Below, in pieces: positions 1-8,985 of a DNA stretch of 64,000 bases. The translations under genes were made by a program, and so were the position numbers. The notes below the pieces were generated by a model that did not search any database, had not been told where the DNA came from, and was given only the letters and a program-made list of their open reading frames with translations. Each line of letters opens with the position of its first letter. The stretch's first letter is position 1. Origin of the DNA: a virus; the IMG/VR virus record IMGVR_UViG_3300034025_000120, positions 1-64,000 of that record; one strand, written 5' to 3'.

Positions 1-40
1 TTCAGTGTTTTGAGAAAAGATGGTTTTGTAACTCATCAAT

Positions 41-68
41 GGGACGCTTGGCGTCTCTTTTATACCGG
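41..68 (+). terminator. hairpin plus T-tract
   Basis: GGGACGC-TTG-GCGTCTC stem-loop followed by TTTTATACC, a variant of the recurrent TTTATGCCG flank. Confidence 0.4.
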
Positions 69-136
69 ATTTTTAGGATGTCGTTTTTTACAGTGGAAAG
101 GGATAGTGTAATGACTTTTACACTGGAGATGAAACG

Positions 137-1255
137 ATGAGTGATAGCGAACAAGCTGGTCCAAGCCTAGGTGATGTTCTTGCTGATGTGGTCTTTGAAG
201 CAATCGATAAAGTTATCGTTGACCATCTGGCAGTGCATCCAGAAGATGCCGCCAAGTTCGCTGAACCCGATTACACGTCACCCGTGGTGTCGATCGTTAA
301 TCCAACACCACCTGCCTACACGCTTCCCGGTGGTCCATGCTATCCACGGGAGTTGACCTATCCTGCGCCATTCCCGCTAAGCGCCCAAGATAACGCTTGC
401 TGGGGCTACAATCCCTTTGCGTTGCCGCCAGAAATAACGATGTCGCTGGAAGACGATCCCAAGATGGAAGAGTTGAAACCCTATACACCGCCAAACTGGA
501 ATGGTTACGTGGAGGATGCCAATATCGGCTGGATGGTCGAGGAACACTTCTTGGGCAAACGACTTACGCTGGACATGCTGTATGCACCGCATCCTGATCC
601 TTTCCAGAGAATTGGTAAGAAAGGTCCGCCGACACCGTGGCCGTCAGGTGGCCACCTGTGGAGCCACCGCCACCTGACAGCGTTCTGGGGTAACTGGCAT
701 ATTCACGAGCCAAATAATGATTTCTACAATATCTGGCAGAGGAACGAGAACAGGTCCTTCCCACCACCATTAACGCTTTATGATCTCAGAACTTCTTTTG
801 CTGACGCCATTACCCCACTCAATACTTTGCTCACGCAAAAGGTAAAAGAAATGACGAAAAGTTTATCTGCAATAGTACTTGAACGTATGTCGGTTCGCAC
901 ATTCGTTGCCCATGGGATGGGGAACCGTAATCCTTGTCCATCAGGGTCGATGCGCAAGAAGAAGGCCAAGCGCCATACGGCATTGCGCCGTGTCTATGGC
1001 GATAGCTACAAGCGGATGGAATTCATCGACATCAAGGAAGGGAAACGCGGGGAAGTACCCGATATCGGTGAGTGGCAAATCGTCCAGCATACACCGCCTG
1101 ACTTACCGGTGTTGTTTGACCATGGTAACGGCGTAAAGACTTACCTCTTGGCGTCTTTGTCCCCGCCTTCTGCGTGTTGGCCTGAGTATCCAAAGATGGA
1201 AGAACCACCTTTCCCACCGCCTTTCAAAGTTATTCCTAAAGGAGAGGGTGAATGA
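137..1255 (+). CDS. hypothetical Pro/Trp-rich protein with PSGSMRKKKAK motif
   Basis: 372-aa ORF. GGAG lies upstream of the ATG. It shares the PSGSMRKK(K)AK motif with ORF 2412-3515. Confidence 0.6.
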   Translation: MSDSEQAGPSLGDVLADVVFEAIDKVIVDHLAVHPEDAAKFAEPDYTSPVVSIVNPTPPAYTLPGGPCYPRELTYPAPFPLSAQDNACWGYNPFALPPEITMSLEDDPKMEELKPYTPPNWNGYVEDANIGWMVEEHFLGKRLTLDMLYAPHPDPFQRIGKKGPPTPWPSGGHLWSHRHLTAFWGNWHIHEPNNDFYNIWQRNENRSFPPPLTLYDLRTSFADAITPLNTLLTQKVKEMTKSLSAIVLERMSVRTFVAHGMGNRNPCPSGSMRKKKAKRHTALRRVYGDSYKRMEFIDIKEGKRGEVPDIGEWQIVQHTPPDLPVLFDHGNGVKTYLLASLSPPSACWPEYPKMEEPPFPPPFKVIPKGEGE

Positions 1256-1491
1256 GCGCCGCCCTCAATGTCAACGAGGTCATGGCAGGCGTTGATGCGT
1301 ATCTGAAAGAAGCCGTCGATAAACGGATGGTCTCAGGCGTATAAGTTACTGTCGCCGATGTTTCGCCTCAAGCCGGGTATAGCTGGACGATCGAGATCAC
1401 CGCCCAACCTGGAACGACAATGTACGATTACATTAAAAGCCAACAACCACCTGACCCCTTGATCCCTTAACCGTTGTTCCTGAAAGAGACA

Positions 1492-2100
1492 ATGAAAACA
1501 CTCAACAATTTGTTCTGGAAATACTTTGCCCTGTTTCTCGCGCAACCCAAAGTTACCGCGTGGCTCATTGCCCGTGCCAAGAAAACGCCGTACCAACACA
1601 TCCTGTCACCCGATCACAAGGAAGTGTACATGGAGCGCTACTGGCTGTTCAATCCGTATCCGACCCAAAAGGTCAAGGATGAATACAAAGCCCGTGGCGA
1701 AAAGTTGCCGTGGCAGTTTCCGATCTCGATCCGGATTCACCGCATCATGGTACCAGACGGTGACCGTCATCACCACGATCATCCGTGGCCAGCTAGGACG
1801 ATGTTGCTCCAAGGCGGGTACGATGAAGAACGGCTGGAACACCATGCATCTTGTCCTTCGTTGGACTGGACCGTGATGTTGCCTGAAGCATACAGCGCTA
1901 TGCCATACCGCCGCAAACAAGGCGATACGGCGACCTTGGGCTTTGGTGAATTCCACCGCATCACCAAGGTTCCCGTAGAAGGTGTTTGGACTCTGTTCAT
2001 CACCTACCCTTTAAAAGGTGACTGGGGGTATTTGGTGGATGGTAAGAAAGTGAGTTTCCGCGAATACGTTCGTGAAGGAACCGTGGTTGATCCAAGCTAA
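1492..2100 (+). CDS. hypothetical protein with HHHDHPW His-rich motif (possible metal-binding)
   Basis: ORF 1474-2100. The internal ATG at 1492 follows GAAAGAGAC. Motif is IHRIMVPDGDRHHHDHPWPARTMLLQGGY. Confidence 0.55.
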   Translation: MKTLNNLFWKYFALFLAQPKVTAWLIARAKKTPYQHILSPDHKEVYMERYWLFNPYPTQKVKDEYKARGEKLPWQFPISIRIHRIMVPDGDRHHHDHPWPARTMLLQGGYDEERLEHHASCPSLDWTVMLPEAYSAMPYRRKQGDTATLGFGEFHRITKVPVEGVWTLFITYPLKGDWGYLVDGKKVSFREYVREGTVVDPS

Positions 2101-2234
2101 CGACCATACTGGCAGAGGGAGACCCCTCTGCTGCTATGCCCTAAAATATTGATTGGAGGAAATTATAACCACATATAACCGCAGTGAGTTGAGTCGTAAT
2201 TCGTTTAACCATTCATTTTAAAGAAGAGGTAGCT

Positions 2235-2387
2235 ATGCATCCCGCACAATTTAAAGAAGGTCAAGAAGCTTATCTGGGTGGTCGCAAAAAAGAAGACAAC
2301 CCTTACCCATCTGGCACGTTGGCGTACGGCCAATGGAATACGGGCTGGGAGTTCCAAGCCAAGGCCGATCTCGGTGAACCAGAATAA
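2235..2387 (+). CDS. small RMF-like (ribosome modulation factor-like) protein, 50 aa
   Basis: AGAGG RBS then ATG. The translation contains GQEAYLGGRKKEDNPYPSGTLAYGQWNTGWEFQA, which fits the RMF pattern G.xA..GR.KE..PY...W..GW. It falls below the ORF-track length cutoff. Confidence 0.45.
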   Translation: MHPAQFKEGQEAYLGGRKKEDNPYPSGTLAYGQWNTGWEFQAKADLGEPE

Positions 2388-2411
2388 ACCAAAAAAGAAA
2401 GAGGGACTAAA

Positions 2412-3515
2412 ATGGCAACAAACGAAAACGAAGTACGAACCATTGTTCAAAATGTCGAGCGGATTCTCGAAGAAACCGGCCACAGTGCTATCCCACAAAT
2501 CTTGTCTGGCGTCACGATCATCCCTGAGGCCGAGCGAGTAGTCATCGAGAAAGCGATTGTCGACTGGGCGGTTCGCCTGATGCGCCAGCCCGGCATGTTC
2601 ATCAACTCCGACCGGGATTCTATTATCCTCAGCGAGAAGGGGTTGGAAATCGCGACAGCTTTTAAAGAGTATGTCGCTCTAGGCTTGCCTAACCCATGGG
2701 AAACTAATCTCAGTGAGCGGGCGATCGAGAATTTTCGCCACCTGTCGGCCCAAGGGAAACTGATTCAAATGAAATCGGAATTCGCCTTTCCTCCGCCACA
2801 CGTGATTCCATTGCCGAACAAAGAGATGTCGGTAAGCGACCATGAAGTTGGTACGAGGAACGGCATGCTGCGCGACCTCGATCCACCGCGTCTTTACAAC
2901 ATCCCGAAGGAGGGAAGCGAAGATCGCGTCGAGTATCACTTCGGTCCACGGGCATTTACGGTAAGCGATAGTCGTCGTCAAATGTTCGCCAGCCACCTGT
3001 CGGAAGCCCGCTGTGACGATCGGTACCTAGTTCTTAACGAGCACGGCAAGCTCGTTAAGAATGGCAAAGAGTGGCGTGATACCAGCAAGTATGCCAAGCG
3101 TCTGAACAACAAGCGCAAGGGGTCGCGCGTGAAGACGGTCTTCCCGCGCAGGAATCCCGTCCGGAAGTGGGGTGAAGTCGAATCCATCTACGCCAACCCG
3201 TACCGCTACACGAAACGCCGCTTCAGCGGCAAGGTCGTGATCGACGGTCAGACTGGTGGCTACGCTATCACGGAAAACCGGCTGATCCATCGCGTCACCT
3301 TTCAAGATCACTTGCAAGCACCGAGTGGTTCGATGCGCAAAAAAGCAAAATACCGCTCCCGCATCGTCAATACGTTCTGGACGCATAATCCGTACGCCCG
3401 TGTCGTCAAGGCGATTCTTGACCTCGAAGCCTCGCCGGGCTACACTGCTCGTCACGCCGAGATCGTCAAGCAGTTAGAGGCCGCCAAACCAACCCGCAGC
3501 AAAGAACCGAAGTAA
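2412..3515 (+). CDS. hypothetical protein with PSGSMRKKAK motif
   Basis: 367-aa ORF with AGAGGGA RBS. Confidence 0.65.
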   Translation: MATNENEVRTIVQNVERILEETGHSAIPQILSGVTIIPEAERVVIEKAIVDWAVRLMRQPGMFINSDRDSIILSEKGLEIATAFKEYVALGLPNPWETNLSERAIENFRHLSAQGKLIQMKSEFAFPPPHVIPLPNKEMSVSDHEVGTRNGMLRDLDPPRLYNIPKEGSEDRVEYHFGPRAFTVSDSRRQMFASHLSEARCDDRYLVLNEHGKLVKNGKEWRDTSKYAKRLNNKRKGSRVKTVFPRRNPVRKWGEVESIYANPYRYTKRRFSGKVVIDGQTGGYAITENRLIHRVTFQDHLQAPSGSMRKKAKYRSRIVNTFWTHNPYARVVKAILDLEASPGYTARHAEIVKQLEAAKPTRSKEPK

Positions 3516-3551
3516 TCCCAATCTATCAATCTAGCAAGAAGGAGCATTACC

Positions 3552-4373
3552 ATGAGCATCATCTTTACCGCCATCGCCGAAGACATGGAAGAACGCACTC
3601 GCCGCGAGCAAGCCGAACAAGAGCAGGCCCGTACCTCGATCCACAACATCGTCAGCCTCGATGACTTGTGGAAGTTCCGCACCGGACACGAGCAAGAAGT
3701 CCTGATGCGCGAAATTAAGACTAACGCGGGTGTCCGTCTGGCCTGGCGCATTGTCAACCGCATCGAACGCGCCGAACATCTGGTGCGCGCCTACGACCAC
3801 ATCATGACCACGATCATCGAACCGTCGACCGGCAAACCGATGTTCGAAGAATCGATCGACGTCGATGGCGGCGTATCAGCAATCCTGATCGAAGCGGCCA
3901 GGTTCGACTTCATGGACAACATGAACTTCGACAATGAATTCTCGCTGATGGAATTCGTGCTCACCCACGAAAATCCACTCTTCGTCTATGAGTTCATGGA
4001 CAACTTCATCCACAATGTCCTCGGCACCATCCTGGCGGGCGATACGGCCGCTGAGCGTCAAGCAGCTTTCCGCGAAACCATGGAACAGCCTGCGGCGGAA
4101 TTCATGCGCTTGGCCATCGATGCTTATCTCATTTACCTGAACGAGCAGAAACAACGTTTCAATAGCTCGCGTTACGGCAACGACGTCCTGCACACTGAAC
4201 CGCAGCAAGATTCACCGAATTCGCCGGATGCATCGACCGAGGCACCACCAGCACCGGCAGAACCCGGCCATACCGTCGCGACAGCCGAACCTTCGGTCAT
4301 CATTACCGATCCGAATGCTACGATCCATGTGAACGCGGCGCCGGTCGAAGCAGCGCAACATAAACCAGAGTAA
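3552..4373 (+). CDS. hypothetical acidic protein
   Basis: 273-aa ORF with AAGGAG RBS and GC3-rich codon use (casts an antisense shadow ORF). Confidence 0.7.
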   Translation: MSIIFTAIAEDMEERTRREQAEQEQARTSIHNIVSLDDLWKFRTGHEQEVLMREIKTNAGVRLAWRIVNRIERAEHLVRAYDHIMTTIIEPSTGKPMFEESIDVDGGVSAILIEAARFDFMDNMNFDNEFSLMEFVLTHENPLFVYEFMDNFIHNVLGTILAGDTAAERQAAFRETMEQPAAEFMRLAIDAYLIYLNEQKQRFNSSRYGNDVLHTEPQQDSPNSPDASTEAPPAPAEPGHTVATAEPSVIITDPNATIHVNAAPVEAAQHKPE

Positions 4374-4387
4374 TTATTAACACAACC

Positions 4388-4418
4388 GGAGTGAGTTATG
4401 AAACTCACTCCTTTCTTT
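4388..4418 (+). terminator. rho-independent terminator
   Basis: GGAGTGAGTT / AACTCACTCC 10-bp stem followed by TTTCTTT. Confidence 0.6.
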
Positions 4419-4529
4419 GGAGAATCCCCATGTAGATTCACTCCGTGTCTTTTTCAGCCAGTACCCACGTAGACGTAGCATCGTTACCAAGTCGGTAACC
4501 TGTATGAACCCTTTTAGGAAGGAAGTATC

Positions 4530-5252
4530 ATGGACAAGAATCAACTGATCGAACAGCAAATGGATGACTTCGTGGCCCTGTTCCACAGCATCGACAAAAC
4601 CATCTCGTTTAACAAAACCCACTGGCACGGCGAAAAGGGTTCGCTCCACGGCCTGATCCATAACGAAGAACACCGTCTGATCATGGAGCACGGTGAAATG
4701 GCCAAGGTGGTTGACAACTTCAACCGCAAGATCGTCCTGTTCGGCACCCACTTCGGCATCATCGCCGTCTATCCGACCCAGCCCCAGCCAAGCCGAGGCA
4801 GCATCCCGACTCTGTCGTACTGCACCACCCAAGCACTCAGCGACGCCATCGCTACACGCTTCCCGACCAGCCTGGCCGTATCGGCAAAGCTGATCGACCG
4901 TGAACATTTCCCCTTCCTGAAACCAACCGAGCTGTTCGGCCTGATCGACGAGCTGGCCACCTACTGCCGCGATCGTCATGTCTATGTCGGCGACGGCCTG
5001 CCAAAGCCCAAGCCCATCGTCAAGAAGTTCAAGCAACGCACGCACTCGAAGAAACCGGCTGAAGCAAAACCCAAAGCTGAGCAAAAGCCTCAGCAGCCCA
5101 AGTTGGGCCATAAATCCAAGAACCAAAAATCGCACCAGAAACAACCGCAACAAACCAAACCGGAAGAAGTAGCAAAAGTCCCGATGATGCAGGTACAGGA
5201 AATTACCCCTGAAATGCTGGCTTCGCCGGACGCCATCGCCCTCGCTGCCTAA
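4530..5252 (+). CDS. hypothetical protein with basic K/P/Q-rich C-terminal low-complexity tail
   Basis: 240-aa ORF with GGAAGGAAG RBS. The tail reads KKPAEAKPKAEQKPQQPKLGHKSKNQKSHQKQPQQTKPEE. Confidence 0.7.
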   Translation: MDKNQLIEQQMDDFVALFHSIDKTISFNKTHWHGEKGSLHGLIHNEEHRLIMEHGEMAKVVDNFNRKIVLFGTHFGIIAVYPTQPQPSRGSIPTLSYCTTQALSDAIATRFPTSLAVSAKLIDREHFPFLKPTELFGLIDELATYCRDRHVYVGDGLPKPKPIVKKFKQRTHSKKPAEAKPKAEQKPQQPKLGHKSKNQKSHQKQPQQTKPEEVAKVPMMQVQEITPEMLASPDAIALAA

Positions 5253-5253
5253 G

Positions 5254-5292
5254 CGGCATAAAGAGCTAGAGAACATCCTAGCTCTTTTTTTG
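5254..5292 (+). terminator. rho-independent terminator with CGGCATAAA 5' flank
   Basis: CGGCATAA, then AGAGCTAG/CTAGCTCT stem, then T7. Confidence 0.7.
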
Positions 5293-5311
5293 TTTATTTG
5301 GAGAATAAGAA

Positions 5312-5920
5312 ATGACTCGTGAAGACTTACTCGCACCGATCATCAAGCTTGACGGTACGAACACAGAAACCTATTTCCGGCAAACCGGTCGTACCACACG
5401 CATGCTCGAAGACGCAGTGCGTACTGCCACGACGGGTCGACTGGTACTGGTGCTGATGAAAGACGATTACTGCATGAATGCCGCAATCGAAAAGGTGAAA
5501 GCAATGCCTGGTAAGTTTTCGCTTACCATTGAAAACGCCACGCACCCCAAAATCCGCAACAAGATCGACTGGGACAATCTTCGCGTCGGCCTCGATTACG
5601 TGCACCACCAGGTCTTCTTCGACCATGAAGTGCTGTACTTTAACGATCGTTACAAACACATCTTCCAAGCGGCCAGCAAATACGACCCGAAGATCGAAGT
5701 CAGGGGTAATGGCTTGTACTTCGCTGGCGACCCAGTCTTGTCTGTTACTGACAAGGCATCCATGCGCTGGCAGATGCTACTGGCCAAGATTTGCGAAGAA
5801 TTCCAATGCAACGACAAGCAAGCGGTGAATATCTACCGTGGTTTCTTCACACTGGCGGCCGGTGGCCATACTACCGCTAACGTCGAAGCGGTGTACGAGA
5901 AATATGGCATCCCAAAGTAA
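5312..5920 (+). CDS. hypothetical protein
   Basis: 202-aa ORF with GGAGAA RBS. Confidence 0.65.
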   Translation: MTREDLLAPIIKLDGTNTETYFRQTGRTTRMLEDAVRTATTGRLVLVLMKDDYCMNAAIEKVKAMPGKFSLTIENATHPKIRNKIDWDNLRVGLDYVHHQVFFDHEVLYFNDRYKHIFQAASKYDPKIEVRGNGLYFAGDPVLSVTDKASMRWQMLLAKICEEFQCNDKQAVNIYRGFFTLAAGGHTTANVEAVYEKYGIPK

Positions 5921-5926
5921 AGGGAA

Positions 5927-5960
5927 TAAAGAGCTGGAATAACCCAGCTCTTTTATGCCG
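5927..5960. terminator. bidirectional terminator between convergent genes, TTTATGCCG 3' flank
   Basis: AAAGAGCTGG / CCAGCTCTTT stem followed by TATGCCG. Confidence 0.65.
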
Positions 5961-5965
5961 CTAAC

Positions 5966-6772
5966 TTAACGGTGACCACCGATCGACTTCTTCAAGTACC
6001 GGGTGTAAGATTCGACATCGTTCATGAGTGCAATCTTGCCCCACTTCTCTTTTAAGTAGGTTTTGTAGAGTTCATTGCATTCCTTGTATTCCGACACCAA
6101 GTTCTTGATCTCGCCCAGTTGCTGACCGCCGACCAATTGTCCCATGTCCATTTCAAGAACAAGTTCTTTGTAGATGTGGGACTTGACCGCATAGATCACG
6201 AGTTCACAAAAACGCGAGTAACTCTTCAGTTGCAAGTGTCCCATGTTCTCATCGTTGGCGAGGATACAGCGCAGGTAACAGAAACCGGGCATGATGGTCG
6301 GGTCACGCACAGCCACCACATTCTCGCCAATCAGTTGCACCCGTGCGGTTGAGATATTGGGGATGTTGCCATGGGCATCCATCATGCCCTGGCCCAAGTT
6401 CATCAAAGCCGAGCCACCCATGCTGTTGCCCGCATTCGCGTAGTTGAGCGAATCGGGACTCGTGAACGTGATGTTCAACACCGAAATGATAGAACGGTTC
6501 TGGGTCTTGGCTTTGGGAATCCGGTACACCGTGGTGTAATCGTCCGTGCGGTCCGTCATCAACCCACGCAGATCGATGTAGGCTTCGGTGCCACCCATCA
6601 AGTTGCAGTCGATCAAGACTCGTGGTCGGATGACTTCGTGCATAATCCGCTCATCGATCGAAACCGGTGCCCGCCCCCACATATCTGAGTGCTGGGGCTT
6701 GAACGCAATGTCCAGCAAGCGGCGTGGGATTTCCCGCTTGACTTCATCGAGTGCTTTTTGTATAGGGTTCAT
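5966..6772 (-). CDS. hypothetical protein
   Basis: 268-aa ORF. GGAGG lies upstream of the ATG on the minus strand. Confidence 0.65.
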   Translation of the reverse strand: MNPIQKALDEVKREIPRRLLDIAFKPQHSDMWGRAPVSIDERIMHEVIRPRVLIDCNLMGGTEAYIDLRGLMTDRTDDYTTVYRIPKAKTQNRSIISVLNITFTSPDSLNYANAGNSMGGSALMNLGQGMMDAHGNIPNISTARVQLIGENVVAVRDPTIMPGFCYLRCILANDENMGHLQLKSYSRFCELVIYAVKSHIYKELVLEMDMGQLVGGQQLGEIKNLVSEYKECNELYKTYLKEKWGKIALMNDVESYTRYLKKSIGGHR

Positions 6773-6795
6773 TGCCCCTCCTAAAAATGTTTGAA

Positions 6796-6806
6796 CACAT
6801 ATTACC
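6796..6806 (+). promoter_or_regulatory. recurrent CACATATTACC motif (candidate phage promoter)
   Basis: One of six near-identical copies, all on the plus strand. Five lie in intergenic DNA and one (27793) falls within the listed antisense ORF 27774-28007. This copy is about 110 nt upstream of phuZ. Confidence 0.45.
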
Positions 6807-6918
6807 CATTAGAGATCACATACGATTTCGCTTTCAAGTGCAGTAAACATTATTTTTTAACCGTGTGTCACTAGGTTATGTACCAAGTGCAACACATCAA
6901 TAAAAGAGGACAAAAGAA

Positions 6919-7932
6919 ATGAACGACGAAAAGAACATCAACACGGTACGCCTGTATGCCATGGGTGGTGTCGGCTTCAATGCTGGCTCCCAACTGGAAA
7001 ACTTCCGCGACCACAAGATCACTGGCGCCGCCGCCCTCGACATCGCGTACGGTGACACGAGCGACTCGGACCTGCAAGCGAACATCAGCCCCGAACACTG
7101 CTTCTTCCTGCCTGGTGCCAAAGGTTCCGGCAAGTTCCAAGGCCAGCACCTCGACGCGATCGACGCCCATGCCAAATCGATCCTGCAACAATTCAAGCCG
7201 TCGTCGACGCTGAACATCTTCCTGTCGTCCGGTTCCGGTGGCTCTGGCGCCCCGATGGTCTCGACCCTCGCATCTGAACTGCTGGCTACCGGCCACAACG
7301 TGATCGCGATCATCGTCGGCACCACGGCGGACAAGCGCGAAATCGGCAATACGCGCAACCACATCCTCTCGCTGGCCAACGTCGCTGAAGACACCGACAA
7401 GCCGCTCGTTGCGGCCTACTTCCAGAACAGCCCTGAAACGCCGCGTGAAGAAGTCGACAAGGCCATCATCGCTCTGATCGGCGGCCTGTGCGTGCTGTTC
7501 TCCGGCAAGAACCACGGTCTCGATCCGCAAGACCTGTTCAACTGGTTGCACTTCAATGGCAACAAGACCACGTCCTACGGCGCGCGCCTGGCGCAACTGG
7601 GCATGTTCGAAGGCGCCAAGCGTATCGGCAACATCGGTAATGTCATCAGCGTGGCGACCCTGACCACGCCGCAATCCGGCCACGAGATCGAACAGACGCC
7701 AGAATACCAGGTCGTCGGCCGTCTCTCGCCGAATACCAACCAAGTCCTGATCGACAAAGCCCCGATCCACTTCGTTGTCAGCACGGGCCTGTACGGCAAC
7801 GTCCTGAACGATCTGGAAGGTCGCCTCGCTGAACTCAAGCGGGTACGCGAAGCTTTCGTCGAAGCGCCGATCACGTCGGCGCCAGTCGCGGGTGCACGGA
7901 CCACGAAACGTGGAATCGTTGTCGACGACTGA
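6919..7932 (+). CDS. phuZ: PhuZ-type phage tubulin
   Basis: Motifs are LYAMGGVGFNAG, GAKGSGKF, the tubulin-signature-like SSGSGGSGAPMV, and the acidic C-terminal tail KRGIVVDD. It is GC3-rich, with AAGAGGA upstream of the ATG. Confidence 0.85.
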   Translation: MNDEKNINTVRLYAMGGVGFNAGSQLENFRDHKITGAAALDIAYGDTSDSDLQANISPEHCFFLPGAKGSGKFQGQHLDAIDAHAKSILQQFKPSSTLNIFLSSGSGGSGAPMVSTLASELLATGHNVIAIIVGTTADKREIGNTRNHILSLANVAEDTDKPLVAAYFQNSPETPREEVDKAIIALIGGLCVLFSGKNHGLDPQDLFNWLHFNGNKTTSYGARLAQLGMFEGAKRIGNIGNVISVATLTTPQSGHEIEQTPEYQVVGRLSPNTNQVLIDKAPIHFVVSTGLYGNVLNDLEGRLAELKRVREAFVEAPITSAPVAGARTTKRGIVVDD

Positions 7933-8624
7933 TGGCAAGCGCGTGGTGATTCTTGGGGGTGGCGGTATGTGCAGGCGAACACGATCGGTGTTGATCGCCG
8001 CCGTGGCACTGCTTGGAATGAACGCAGTCGTGGTTGATGCAGAACCAGCTGTGATCTCCCATACCGCTAGAAAATCTCCCATTGAAACATCGTTGGCCAA
8101 GATGATCCGGGATTGTTCACCGGTTGCATCGTACTACAGGGATTGGGTAACCGACCCTGCTGTGTTATCGCGGCCCATCGAAGACACCATGCCTACCCAC
8201 GCCGGCGTTCGGTCAAACGCCCGGCATCAAAGAACGACCACTATCGCCAATGGCGCCGACCCCCAGGTTCCGGGGACCTGTAAGGAAAAGCGTTCATCAG
8301 CCTTAGTTCGTCGTTAAGGGTGGAGCCACTTGACTGTACGACAAGGAGCTGGAGCTTAGGCCCCTTTAACTGAGCCATAAGTGCTCAGTAACCAATGCTA
8401 ACAACCTGTGTCCGCCGGATTACAGGAGGTCGCAGTTCACCGAGTCCACGTCCGTTACTGGAACATGCTGTCCACCTTCAACGAGGGTGGAAGATGGAGA
8501 AGGTCGAGTCATGGAGTGACTGCAAGAACCACGTGAGGGGAAGTAAACCGTGCCGCAGACTGATCATAACGGAATGCGCTAGAGCCGTAAGACTTTCCCT
8601 CACACCAACCTTTTTAGGACACAC
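7933..8624 (+). other. long ORF-poor structured intergenic region (candidate ncRNA). A weak ORF at 7966-8317 cannot be excluded.
   Basis: About 690 nt holds only two unconvincing Arg-rich ORFs. There are several local hairpins. It ends in an 11-bp stem (8533-8543 / 8593-8603) followed by a T5 run at 8610-8615. Confidence 0.35.
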
Positions 8625-8873
8625 ATGAAAATTGTCATTACGCCATCGCTCTTGGTAGTCGTTGACTACGATGGCGATGAACTCGCTGTTGCACTACGCC
8701 CAGACGAATACCAAAAACTCGTTGAAATCGAAGCCCACGTGCCTCGACCAGAAGAACCAGGTGTATTTACGACGTCAGGGATTGGCTGGTACACCAAGCA
8801 GGATTTCTACAAGTACGTCAACCTTGTGATCCGCACTGCATGGAAAGATACACGCCGTACATTGAACCGATAA
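8625..8873 (+). CDS. hypothetical small protein
   Basis: 82-aa ORF followed by a terminator. Confidence 0.55.
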   Translation: MKIVITPSLLVVVDYDGDELAVALRPDEYQKLVEIEAHVPRPEEPGVFTTSGIGWYTKQDFYKYVNLVIRTAWKDTRRTLNR

Positions 8874-8927
8874 AAGGTTTTCTGTTACTCTTCTCGCAAG
8901 GGGTAGTAGAAAACCTTTTTTATGCCG
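8872..8927 (+). terminator. terminator with TTTATGCCG 3' flank
   Basis: AAAAGGTTTTCT / AGAAAACCTTTT outer stem followed by TTTATGCCG. Confidence 0.6.
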
Positions 8928-8985
8928 TATTAAAAAACACAACGTGCTAATCTTATGTAGGGGCACCCATGTCGAAGGAAAAACA

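Noticed and set aside
1333-1599. 88-aa minus-strand ORF spanning the 1255-1492 gap.
   Set aside because: It has no RBS and overlaps the start of the plus-strand gene at 1492. Its composition looks like an antisense reading, so it was not called.
8580-8603. Minus-strand GAGGGAAAGTC, which resembles the RNase P RNA CR-I element GAGGAAAGUCC.
   Set aside because: I could not find the other conserved RNase P blocks (for example ACAGAA..GGCUUA or GGUAAGAGCGC) in order on either strand. A single 11-mer resemblance is insufficient.
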